64,000 bases of DNA from a virus, in IMG/VR virus record IMGVR_UViG_3300020165_000009. One strand, given 5' to 3'. Each line of letters begins with the position of its first letter. Positions within the stretch are counted from its first letter, which is position 1. Below the pieces are notes generated by a model. The model saw nothing but the letters and a program-made list of their open reading frames with translations. It did no database searches and was not told the DNA's origin. A program made the translations under genes and the position numbers. Of the stretch, positions 1-8,883 are shown piece after piece.

Positions 1-1494
1 TCTATTATTCTGTTTACGTTGTATGACTAGTTCAGTGTACTCAATATCATCAACAGATGGCTTGTCATTAAATGTATCTTGCAACCCAACTGTAACTCCG
101 ACATATACCGGATCCATTGGTTGTATTTCGGAGTTAATAATCTTCTGTACCCGAGCAGTATTAATAATTTCTGATTTCTGCGCCTGTGTTAAGTAAAATA
201 AATTATTATCACTATCTGCTATCTTTATCTTCGGTACCATGAAAGCGTATACCTGGTTAGCCTGATTGGTAGTAGCGAATTTTACCTGATTAAACAAGAA
301 CCTTGAATCTTGGTTAGGTCTATCTAAACCTAGATCATAATAATACTTTATAACATTATCGACGTATGCCTCATTACTCACAAGAGCGGTACTAGTGACG
401 ATATTACTATAACGCTTTTCAATAAACGCTTGAAAATCATCATTTGTTACAATCCTGTTCTGCGCAAAGAAGGTTCTAGGGGCATTTTCTTTAATTTGAT
501 CAACTGTTTCAATCTCACCGGGGCTAGTTGAGGCAACAGAATTTGTAAATGCTATTGCTGAAGCAAGATTAGGTGTTAATACCTGCACATTAGTCTCGTA
601 TATATCGGGCGATATTGCTTCAAATTGTATCGATGTAAATACATTAATATTATTACCGTCTAGCTTACCAGCAGAAACTCTACCAGCGGTACCATCACTC
701 TTTAAGTAATATATAAAGATCTTATCTGCGGTACCGAGCTGGACACCATTCACACCGTTACCAAATTTTATTTCATAAAACCCATTCTCGTTTAAACGCT
801 TCTCGAATACATAACTCGTATTAGTAGCATTAAAGAGAGAATCAATCTCATTGAATTCATTGTATTTGTTGGTATTAGCACTCTGAACATATACGTTAAT
901 GGAGTCAGCCTCGATATCAATCGGCGTCTGGTTAATATTATCTCTAACTAATAACGTTACAGTTTCAAACTCTTCGCCAATAGCCCTAATGACCGGGTGT
1001 TCTACATACTTCCCTTGATACAGCAGGGTATTGTCGGACAGTGTGGATAGGCTCTCATCTGCAATATTAGTCTTACTAAATGTTGCATCACTGATAAATG
1101 AGAAGTCAGTGCCATCGACTGTAAAATACGAGTACCTCTTTATGGTATATATGTTTACCGGTAACCTACTGCTAGCTTCTGCTTCAAAGGACAATACTCC
1201 TGTTTTGTAACCGGTAGGCTTGTACCCTATAAGCTTAGTAATCCTGTTAATATTCTCAAAAACAGTGGCTTCGTTGAATAAAGATTCAGCAGAGGTCTGG
1301 TTAAGATAGAATAGTGAAAGGTGATACGACAGGGCGATGATATCAATAATAGCAGATAGGTTACTACCTTCAAAATCTTGGTCAGTAAAGGTACCACCTT
1401 CTCTTAAACGGTCCTTAATTAAACCCTTTAAAGTTAGAGCATCGAAAGTCGCATACGCGTTCTTCGGTAAAGTAAAGTCAGTATTATCCGCCAT
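1..1494 (-). CDS. gp6: Baseplate wedge protein, T4 gp6-like (3' end runs off the window)
   Basis: Not in the ORF track. Reverse translation from ATG 1494 gives MADNTDFTLPKNAYATFDALTLKGLIKDRLREGGTFTDQDFEGSNLSAIIDIIALSYH, the gp6 N-terminal DFEGS signature. Adjacent to gp25; TAAATA just upstream. Confidence 0.9.
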   Translation of the reverse strand, partial: MADNTDFTLPKNAYATFDALTLKGLIKDRLREGGTFTDQDFEGSNLSAIIDIIALSYHLSLFYLNQTSAESLFNEATVFENINRITKLIGYKPTGYKTGVLSFEAEASSRLPVNIYTIKRYSYFTVDGTDFSFISDATFSKTNIADESLSTLSDNTLLYQGKYVEHPVIRAIGEEFETVTLLVRDNINQTPIDIEADSINVYVQSANTNKYNEFNEIDSLFNATNTSYVFEKRLNENGFYEIKFGNGVNGVQLGTADKIFIYYLKSDGTAGRVSAGKLDGNNINVFTSIQFEAISPDIYETNVQVLTPNLASAIAFTNSVASTSPGEIETVDQIKENAPRTFFAQNRIVTNDDFQAFIEKRYSNIVTSTALVSNEAYVDNVIKYYYDLGLDRPNQDSRFLFNQVKFATTNQANQVYAFMVPKIKIADSDNNLFYLTQAQKSEIINTARVQKIINSEIQPMDPVYVGVTVGLQDTFNDKPSVDDIEYTELVIQRKQNNR

Positions 1495-1522
1495 ATATTT
1501 ATTTATGAATAAAAAACATTAA

Positions 1523-1999
1523 TTAAACGGAAAACCCGGAACGAGACAAATTACCGGTTAGATTAAATTTAGCGCCTTTAAATCTAGGAATACTGTATGT
1601 GAAGTTGCATATGTAACTATGATTCTCAATATCTGGTGTTATTGTCAGGTTAATAATGTTCACCCGTGGCTCATTTGCCGCTACATTATCAATAATACCT
1701 GTACCAATAGCATCAGCTCGTTCTTCTGTTACCGGTAAAAAAAGAAGGTCACCGAAATTGATACCAAATGTGGGGTTGAGTGGCTTCTCGCCAGGTGATG
1801 TTGTTATAAGATTAATAAATGAGTTTTGTATTGCCTCGACATTTACATCATCTAGAATGTCTCTAACTTCTTTAGCTTTATCAAGCGGGTTGTTATTTGT
1901 AAAACCTAAAACTAAATCTAGTCTAAGGTCATTATAAATAACTTTATTCGCTTTCTGTGGTTGAGCTTGTGTTAGTATGTTTAAGTTAATCTCGGCCAT
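1523..1999 (-). CDS. gp25: Baseplate wedge subunit, gp25-like
   Basis: AIQNSFINLITTSPGEKPLNPTFG...EPRV is the GPW/gp25 pattern; next to gp6. Confidence 0.9.
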   Translation of the reverse strand: MAEINLNILTQAQPQKANKVIYNDLRLDLVLGFTNNNPLDKAKEVRDILDDVNVEAIQNSFINLITTSPGEKPLNPTFGINFGDLLFLPVTEERADAIGTGIIDNVAANEPRVNIINLTITPDIENHSYICNFTYSIPRFKGAKFNLTGNLSRSGFSV

Positions 2000-2052
2000 T
2001 GTATATATTATTTAAGCTATGGAATTATTAACTCGAAACCATAAATAATAAT

Positions 2053-2643
2053 ATGGCGAACAAATTTCTAAATCTTATCGAAGCAACTATAGAGAGAATG
2101 ACTAACGGTGGTATCCTGACTGGTGATAGAGTTCAGTTAGTAGACGGTTACAAGTCTCATGAAGGCTTTGCAAAATTACCCAAAGCAGTCCAGGACCATA
2201 TTGAAAAGATGTTCAAGGATACAGACCTTAATAAAAAGGTAATTAATATTAAAACCAAGTACCCTAGCTCCGCGCCAGGTAATGAGGACAACAGAGGAGA
2301 TTCTTTCATCGCTACAGTAGCTATTGAGCTTACTAACGGCCTATACGATAATCAGAATTCAGTAACTGTTCCCATGGGTATACTAGTTGCTGACGATGGT
2401 GGTCATGGAGCTGATTTTGGAAGTGCTCCAGTACCTGACTCAGTTAAGTACGATAACAAGGTTCAAATTGATCCTGTCGAAGCTGAGGAAAATGAAGAGC
2501 AGCAGCAAACGATGACCCAGCAGGGCGATAGTCTTAAAAAATCTGAGCGTTCGCTAGCTAAGAAGAACACTAAGATACCCTCAAAGCCAGCTACACCGTC
2601 TCCGGCGGTTAATGAGAACTATACTGCACAGTATATGTCCTAA
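2053..2643 (+). CDS. Hypothetical late protein, probable internal head protein
   Basis: 196-aa ORF; TAAATA 5 nt upstream; leader MANKFLNLIEATIE resembles capsid-targeting peptides. Confidence 0.6.
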   Translation: MANKFLNLIEATIERMTNGGILTGDRVQLVDGYKSHEGFAKLPKAVQDHIEKMFKDTDLNKKVINIKTKYPSSAPGNEDNRGDSFIATVAIELTNGLYDNQNSVTVPMGILVADDGGHGADFGSAPVPDSVKYDNKVQIDPVEAEENEEQQQTMTQQGDSLKKSERSLAKKNTKIPSKPATPSPAVNENYTAQYMS

Positions 2644-3554
2644 ATCTTGCTTAATGCTACCCAGCAGGCAAATGCGTTAATTTCTTTGTCTAGTACAAAG
2701 ACATCTTTATACATATAATCACTAAGCACGAGAATATATTCTCGCTTCTTATCGTCATGGAGAGTACTTGAATATACAAAGTTCAAGTACTGCTTCATGA
2801 GATTATGATAGTCACCTTGAAACTCATTTTCATTCTCGATCAGATACTTGCGTAGTCCCATCACGTCACTACCTTGTACGTCAGTATGTATCCTATCGAC
2901 AAGCTCTTTACTATCTAGAGCGATATCGATATTAAAATCACCATTGATACACGCTTTCTGCACCGCGTTAATAATCTTACGAATATCAGGATAGTTCTGT
3001 TTAATTACATTTACAAAGTTAGTCTTCTGGTCATCATCGATCTTAATGTCTTCAGACTTTATAACGCTAACAATACGTTTCAACACATCATCAAACGGTG
3101 GATTAAGGTCGAAGGATTGAGCACGGCTCTGAATAGCCGGTATGATCTTATGCTTATAATTTGCAGTTAGAATAAAGCGAGTCTGCCCGCTATACTCTTC
3201 CATAGTATTACGTAGAGCACGTTGACCGTCGATAGTTATACCGTCAGCCTCATCAAGTATAACTACCTTAATACCACCAGTAAGCGACTTGGTCTGACTA
3301 AAGCCAACAACCTTTGAGCGAATAGTATCGATACCATTCTCGTCTGATGCGTTAATATACAGATACTGACACTTTAAGATATCCTCAATGAGAATTCTAG
3401 CTAATGTAGTTTTACCGAGACCTGGTGTACCTACAAAGAGTAGATTGGGTATCTCGTCTTCAATAGATTCGAAATACTTTCTATTAGTATCCGATAAAAC
3501 TAAATCAGCTAGCGTCCGTGGCCTATACTTTTCGACCCAAAGGTTGTTAAACAT
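2640..3554 (-). CDS. gp44: Sliding-clamp loader AAA+ subunit (gp44/RFC small subunit-like)
   Basis: LWVEKYRP, Walker A GTPGLGKTT, INASDENGID, Walker B VVILDEAD, QRALR, IQSR. Confidence 0.95.
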   Translation of the reverse strand: MFNNLWVEKYRPRTLADLVLSDTNRKYFESIEDEIPNLLFVGTPGLGKTTLARILIEDILKCQYLYINASDENGIDTIRSKVVGFSQTKSLTGGIKVVILDEADGITIDGQRALRNTMEEYSGQTRFILTANYKHKIIPAIQSRAQSFDLNPPFDDVLKRIVSVIKSEDIKIDDDQKTNFVNVIKQNYPDIRKIINAVQKACINGDFNIDIALDSKELVDRIHTDVQGSDVMGLRKYLIENENEFQGDYHNLMKQYLNFVYSSTLHDDKKREYILVLSDYMYKDVFVLDKEINAFACWVALSKI

Positions 3555-3664
3555 TACTTTCTTTTCTTTTTCGGTGGTTTAGTAACAGTTACGGTTACTG
3601 TTTTACGTATCTTAGCGTTACCTACTTTCTTTTCTGTTATTTTCTGTCTAGTTGTCTTTCCCAT
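3554..3664 (-). CDS. Small very basic 36-aa protein
   Basis: Below the ORF-track cutoff: MGKTTRQKITEKKVGNAKIRKTVTVTVTKPPKKKRK. Its stop overlaps the gp44 start (TAATG) and a promoter lies upstream. Confidence 0.65.
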   Translation of the reverse strand: MGKTTRQKITEKKVGNAKIRKTVTVTVTKPPKKKRK

Positions 3665-3689
3665 ATCTTTTTACTTTTAATGTTAATAT

Positions 3690-3716
3690 ATTATAATGGT
3701 GTTCCTTTATTCTCAA
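3690..3716 (-). promoter_or_regulatory. Early/middle promoter TTGAGA...GGAAC-N5-TATAAT
   Basis: Minus strand reads gTTGAGAataaaGGAACaccatTATAAT; the GGAAC-N5-TATAAT core recurs at five other loci. Confidence 0.7.
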
Positions 3717-3726
3717 CTGCTTTATA

Positions 3727-4209
3727 TTACTTGCCTGTTGAACCGAATCCACCTTCACCTCTTTCAGCTACTTCAACCTCATCTGCCCACTCAATCGTGG
3801 TCGTCCAATTCTTTTCTACCTTAATTTGAGCTACCTTATCTCCTACTTTATAGTGGTAATCTTTATTAGAAAAATTATACATCTTCACTGCACAATCACC
3901 TCGATATCCGGTGTCGATCTCACCAAGATGCGGCTGTAGACCAGCTTTAAAACCTAAACCAGACTTAGGTTTAATTACAAACCCGAAACCGGGGGTAATA
4001 TAACCGACCTTAATACCAACAGGCACTACAGCACTACCAACAGACACCTTATGATCATAATGTGACCGAGCACCGGGGATGGTCGTATCTTCAACTGCGA
4101 ACAAATCATAACAGTTATCGTCATTATGAGCCTTTTCAGGTAGTTTAGCGGCGTCATGGGTCTTAACAAATTTAATCTCCGCGTCAATTTTTACATCAGT
4201 ACTATTCAT
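3727..4209 (-). CDS. dut: Trimeric dUTPase
   Basis: CYDL, KSGLG, GEIDTGYRG, KVAQ and RGEGGFGSTG motifs. Confidence 0.95.
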   Translation of the reverse strand: MNSTDVKIDAEIKFVKTHDAAKLPEKAHNDDNCYDLFAVEDTTIPGARSHYDHKVSVGSAVVPVGIKVGYITPGFGFVIKPKSGLGFKAGLQPHLGEIDTGYRGDCAVKMYNFSNKDYHYKVGDKVAQIKVEKNWTTTIEWADEVEVAERGEGGFGSTGK

Positions 4210-4266
4210 ATGTATCTATTGTAACGGCTAATCTTGAATATTCAAGTGGTTATATTAAATATTTTT

Positions 4267-4743
4267 ATGTCGAAAGAGGAAACCAATCCAGATGTTAATG
4301 ATTTACTAGATGCGCTTAAAGTGAAAGGCGATATCAAGGTTAAGGCTACCTCAAACCAGAATGAAGAATTTACACTCGATAAGGATGATATCGAAGCTTT
4401 TATCTTGAATAATACCGGAAAGCTAATTAAAGATAGTATGTCATATATCGACGATATAGGTGCATATGTTTCTGCGGCTCCAGATAGTAGGGATGTTGAG
4501 GCGTTAGCTAAATTAATATCGTCATCAGCTACTGCACTAGACAGTTTGCAGAAGATACACATCGCAAATGAAAAAAATAAAAACTCTATCTTTATAAAGA
4601 CATTAGATATTGAGAGTAGGAAAGTACTGCAGCAGAGCGACCAAGATCATAAATTACTTCTCAATAGAGAAGAGCTAATGTCTAAATTAATTATAGATGC
4701 AGAAATTGTAGATGATGGAGAGGCTATATCGACGCAGGCTTAA
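4267..4743 (+). CDS. Putative terminase small subunit (gp16-like)
   Basis: Start chosen at ATG 4267 after TTAAATA. Helical SRDVEALAKLI...LQKIH and C-terminal LLLNREELMSKL resemble the T4-family gp16 pattern. Confidence 0.45.
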   Translation: MSKEETNPDVNDLLDALKVKGDIKVKATSNQNEEFTLDKDDIEAFILNNTGKLIKDSMSYIDDIGAYVSAAPDSRDVEALAKLISSSATALDSLQKIHIANEKNKNSIFIKTLDIESRKVLQQSDQDHKLLLNREELMSKLIIDAEIVDDGEAISTQA

Positions 4744-5609
4744 GCGCCTGTGGCCGCATACCTATCATCTAGATCAGCTTCAATACCACTATTACCAGCA
4801 TCTATTTTATTCTTTAGCATATCTAGTGTAGTAGCTACTCCCTCGATCGTTGTATTATAGGCCAAATCAATACTGGTTCTATTAAGATCTCTATCCTGCC
4901 AGTTAACTTCTTTAAAGAAGTTAATAAAGTCTGCCATATTTTTAAGCAGAGTTTTAATCTTGGCGTTTACCGGGTCCTTCAGTAAAAATAACCGATCTAT
5001 ATATAGATTATCATTAACTAGATTATCACCGTGCGCAGTTTTAGCAATATTTACATCCGTAGTTGCTTGTAGGCCTGCAAGGCTCGTCTTCATTAAAGCG
5101 TCGGTGTAGACGGCGAGTTTTATATTGTTATCTAACTGCGTCTGTGATACTTTGTTGTACAGAGACGCAGGGAGAGCGTTGGGGTAGTTAAAAGACGTAT
5201 CGTAGGTATCAAAGAAGGGGGACGTGCTATTATCAATAACACTAGTCTGATTAACGATGTTACCTATATCGTCACTGAAAGCAATTAAGTATACATTACC
5301 GGCGCCTAAACTATCAGTAATAAAATCTTTAACAGATGTCAAGAGACTTTGATATTTTTCAATGAAGTATAATTGAAATTGCTCATTATAGCTATCGAGT
5401 TTTGAATTATTCAACTCTATATATACATTACTAATACTCTGTGCAATACCATCACTGCTCTTAGCCTTCTCTAGGTCTATACAAGTACCCAACTCATCTA
5501 AAAATTCTTGAAAGCTCTCGAATAGAGAGTTATTTGCTTGGTAAAAATCGGTACTAGTTTGCTGTACCATACCTACATACTCTGGTGTTAAAGAAACTTG
5601 ATTACTCAT
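4740..5609 (-). CDS. Hypothetical baseplate-region protein
   Basis: 289-aa ORF translationally coupled to the hub gene upstream. Confidence 0.55.
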   Translation of the reverse strand: MSNQVSLTPEYVGMVQQTSTDFYQANNSLFESFQEFLDELGTCIDLEKAKSSDGIAQSISNVYIELNNSKLDSYNEQFQLYFIEKYQSLLTSVKDFITDSLGAGNVYLIAFSDDIGNIVNQTSVIDNSTSPFFDTYDTSFNYPNALPASLYNKVSQTQLDNNIKLAVYTDALMKTSLAGLQATTDVNIAKTAHGDNLVNDNLYIDRLFLLKDPVNAKIKTLLKNMADFINFFKEVNWQDRDLNRTSIDLAYNTTIEGVATTLDMLKNKIDAGNSGIEADLDDRYAATGA

Positions 5610-7147
5610 TAAATTATACTCTCGTTAAAGTTGGGGTTACTGAAGTGATTGGTCTTTATACCAACTATCCGTTGAATGTAGTTAGATTCATCAATAAATT
5701 GATGCTCTACCTCTGTTAGTAGATACATACCTAATACCTTATTATCATATTGATTTTCTATATATGCTCCCTGCCTGTCAACAGAGAAGAAAGTACCTGT
5801 CTTTCTTAAGAGCTGGCCCTTAATTATAATCTCTATAGCCATATTAGAAAACAGACTAGACTTTAATAGCTTATTAGAACCGTATGACTTCCTGATTTCC
5901 GAAGATTCACCATACTCTGAAAAATTTGACTCAAACGTTTGATTCTCTTTTTGAAGATCTGTTAATGGAAGGTTAGGGTAAGGCTTGTTATTGTCACCTT
6001 TAAGTGGATTTACATATACATCACTAAACTTATCGCGTACCGTCGCGACGCTACTATCCTTAACTTCTATATTAAATCGCTTATTTTTAAAATCGTATGA
6101 ATTGACAACCTGGGTCTTAATCGCTTTTTTATATTGCTCACCATCAGTATCAAAGAATTTATAATTTAGTACATCACCCTTACTACCAAATTCTAATGCA
6201 CCTGCAGGTGCTTTTTTAGATGGCTCGATTATACTCGAATCACCGCTATCCATACCATTAATGGTAAAGTTCTCGACGAATAACTCACCACCTACGTTGC
6301 TATTTTTTTGAAAAGCTTTACCGAATATACTCTCCGCACTCTGTAAATTATATTCACCAGTGTAGTTTGATTTCTTTAAAAATGAAAAGTCGTTAGATGA
6401 ACTATTACTTACGTGCCGGTCTAAAAGATAATTTAAATCGTCATAAGCTGTGTTATTAATAGGTGAGGAGTAGAATAGCTTGGATGCTCCAGCCTCGAAC
6501 TCCGAATCATTAATAACATTTCCACCATCCAGATTATCATTTAGTATAGCTCTTATACTATCTCCTGTAGTAGCATACCTACCCTCGTTATTAGATTGTG
6601 CTGCTTCAACACCTTCCGGGGTTGCTAACTTACCAGTCGAAAAAAATGCTTTCTTCTCCTTTAGGATTTCCTCGTCTGCATCGCCAATATTAAAAAATTT
6701 ACACTCAGTACCATTAATAGTAGTATTACTACCTTGCTTAATACTAAAGATATATCTGAGACCAAATGTCGTTTTAAAGTCCTTATCATCATTAGTAAAC
6801 TCTGAGAGATCTCCGGAGTCTAGAGGAATAATTTCAATCTGAATAAAATCTCTACCATCACCGCGGTAAGTATAACCCTTTAATGGTGCAAGGTCGGGTT
6901 GAAATTCTCGGTCTGCCGGGTCAGTTACGAAACGCTCTATAGCGGATTGGGTATTATCGATGGCTATAGATCCCCTTACCCACGGGTCGCGGAGATTATC
7001 GATGAGCTTAAGTTCTTTGACTTCCCTTTTAGTTAAGGTAACTTTGTCACCTTCTGGATTGAACAAAGTTACTTTAAACAGATACTTCTGTGTATCAATA
7101 ATAGCGCTAAATCTCTCTTCATAAGAGGTGTCAAAGTTATATCTCAT
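5609..7147 (-). CDS. Baseplate hub protein (gp27-like)
   Basis: 512 aa directly downstream of gp53; C-terminal AIEIIIKGQLLRKTG...GMYLLTEVEHQF is typical of hub proteins. Confidence 0.6.
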   Translation of the reverse strand: MRYNFDTSYEERFSAIIDTQKYLFKVTLFNPEGDKVTLTKREVKELKLIDNLRDPWVRGSIAIDNTQSAIERFVTDPADREFQPDLAPLKGYTYRGDGRDFIQIEIIPLDSGDLSEFTNDDKDFKTTFGLRYIFSIKQGSNTTINGTECKFFNIGDADEEILKEKKAFFSTGKLATPEGVEAAQSNNEGRYATTGDSIRAILNDNLDGGNVINDSEFEAGASKLFYSSPINNTAYDDLNYLLDRHVSNSSSNDFSFLKKSNYTGEYNLQSAESIFGKAFQKNSNVGGELFVENFTINGMDSGDSSIIEPSKKAPAGALEFGSKGDVLNYKFFDTDGEQYKKAIKTQVVNSYDFKNKRFNIEVKDSSVATVRDKFSDVYVNPLKGDNNKPYPNLPLTDLQKENQTFESNFSEYGESSEIRKSYGSNKLLKSSLFSNMAIEIIIKGQLLRKTGTFFSVDRQGAYIENQYDNKVLGMYLLTEVEHQFIDESNYIQRIVGIKTNHFSNPNFNESII

Positions 7148-7515
7148 TACTGTAATTGCTGTTTTATGCTGTCTATAGTAGGTTTTAAGTATTGCTTTTT
7201 GATATACTTTACCCGGCTGCCAGCTGCTATCTTAGCAGGGTTTGAGATATTATTAACCACCATAATTAACCACCATAGGTAGGTAGTACCGTAAATTCTA
7301 TAGCTTAACGTTGTAATGGGTAGAGCATCATTATACGCTACTGTATTAAACAGTTCATCATCCATATCATCAGGCAGTTTTATTTTCTTAAGGATATTAT
7401 AATAGAAAAAATCCTTGTCACCTGTTTCGTAAATCTTAAAGATATTCTCATACCTATACTGTTCGAGTATAGTTAGATTAGTAATATCCTCTTGAAATTT
7501 CCCTAAGTCAGCCAT
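7147..7515 (-). CDS. gp53: Baseplate wedge protein gp53-like (LysM-like)
   Basis: LSYRIYGTTYLWWLIMVVNNISNP signature. Confidence 0.85.
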   Translation of the reverse strand: MADLGKFQEDITNLTILEQYRYENIFKIYETGDKDFFYYNILKKIKLPDDMDDELFNTVAYNDALPITTLSYRIYGTTYLWWLIMVVNNISNPAKIAAGSRVKYIKKQYLKPTIDSIKQQLQ

Positions 7516-7571
7516 ACTAATATTTATAACAGGTTAACTCTTATATCACCTATTCGGAGTATTTATTCACC

Positions 7572-8843
7572 TTAGGGTCTCGGCGGTAGGAGGCTATCAC
7601 TGGCGATATCCTCTTTTGCCTTGTTACGTGATCTTGTAGGTAGGCCCTGTGTAGGTGCTTCTGCGGCAGCGTTCGCACCGCCAAAGGCGTCAAAAACGCC
7701 CTGAATGGGGTCTAGAGCGGCGTTTACTGTTAGTTTCGGCTTAGCTATATTAGCATATAAAAAGTTTCTAGTTTCAGGATTTAACCCGGTAACGGATATA
7801 TCGAGCTGATATGCGTCGGGTATTATTGTCTCAATAGAAGTTGACGCGGTATCGCTCCCGGGTGATTGTATAGGTACCTCTATCGTCATTTTTCTACGAG
7901 AGCCTACATACTTTACACTTAGTTCCGAAATATATGCATAAGGCATAAATGCAACACCTGGTAAGTGTAACTCATATAGTACAGGCTGGTCAATTATACT
8001 CTTACTGATTCTACCAGGTGTGTTCTGGTAGATTAAGCCGAATAATAATTGCCAATTTCTAGAGATATCATCAACAGATATGGTATTGAGGAGAGGTAAT
8101 GTAAAACTCAAAGTCTTACCCTCATCTTTCATTTCAAATTGTTTTGCCTTTTCAATATAAGTACCTGGCTTTACTAAATTTGCGGCGCCGGCAAGACCCT
8201 CCGCTAATCCCGCGAGTTTATTAGCAATTGGTGCCACTAAACCTTCATTAGCCTGACCGAAGGAGTTGTTACTCTTTATAAAGGTATCATCGAGGTATGG
8301 AAAATAATAACTAAACCCGGTATTCTCAAGACTATACAACCCGTCATACGGTGTAAGGGCCGGATTTTGGAATTTTGTCAACCCGCCTAACCGTACAGCT
8401 TCCTCTTGAAATTTATTCAGTAGGCCACTAACTGACTTACCTGCCTCAATGACCCCGTTAGCTAGTTGCCCTGCTAATCCCGGTGCCTCCTCATCACCGG
8501 TAGTAGTTACGGGGCCTACTAGACCAGTTATTGTGTTAACAGCGCCTTCTGCAGAATCTACAGTAGCGAGAGCACTATACGCGAGGTTTGTGACCGTAGA
8601 GTTGAGTTTAACTCTTTTCTCAATCAATTGAAGCCGTGGTACATCGTTTCTTGAACTCTTCGGACTTACAGTCCATGAGAAGTCATCTACGACATTAATT
8701 GGATCTGCCATTTTACCTTGTGTGTATCCTTCGAGGTTAGTTAGGTTAGTTAAGTCACCACCGGCGGCAGTGATACCTCCACCAGCCCTCTCCAGCATGG
8801 GTAATGTCTTCGTGCTGCCTTCTCTAAGATGCCATAGATTCAT
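7572..8843 (-). CDS. Baseplate/tail-tube cap protein (gp48-like)
   Basis: Baseplate cluster position; tube-like segment LSFTLPLLNT...YISELSVKY; TATAAATA upstream. Confidence 0.5.
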   Translation of the reverse strand: MNLWHLREGSTKTLPMLERAGGGITAAGGDLTNLTNLEGYTQGKMADPINVVDDFSWTVSPKSSRNDVPRLQLIEKRVKLNSTVTNLAYSALATVDSAEGAVNTITGLVGPVTTTGDEEAPGLAGQLANGVIEAGKSVSGLLNKFQEEAVRLGGLTKFQNPALTPYDGLYSLENTGFSYYFPYLDDTFIKSNNSFGQANEGLVAPIANKLAGLAEGLAGAANLVKPGTYIEKAKQFEMKDEGKTLSFTLPLLNTISVDDISRNWQLLFGLIYQNTPGRISKSIIDQPVLYELHLPGVAFMPYAYISELSVKYVGSRRKMTIEVPIQSPGSDTASTSIETIIPDAYQLDISVTGLNPETRNFLYANIAKPKLTVNAALDPIQGVFDAFGGANAAAEAPTQGLPTRSRNKAKEDIASDSLLPPRP

Positions 8844-8883
8844 TATATATATTTATATTGCATGTGTATAGTCACTACACTAA

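Noticed and set aside
2640-3554. Archaeal or eukaryotic origin suggested by the RFC-like gene
   Set aside because: gp44 clamp loaders share these motifs, and the surrounding genes and gp55 sigma factor are clearly T4-like.
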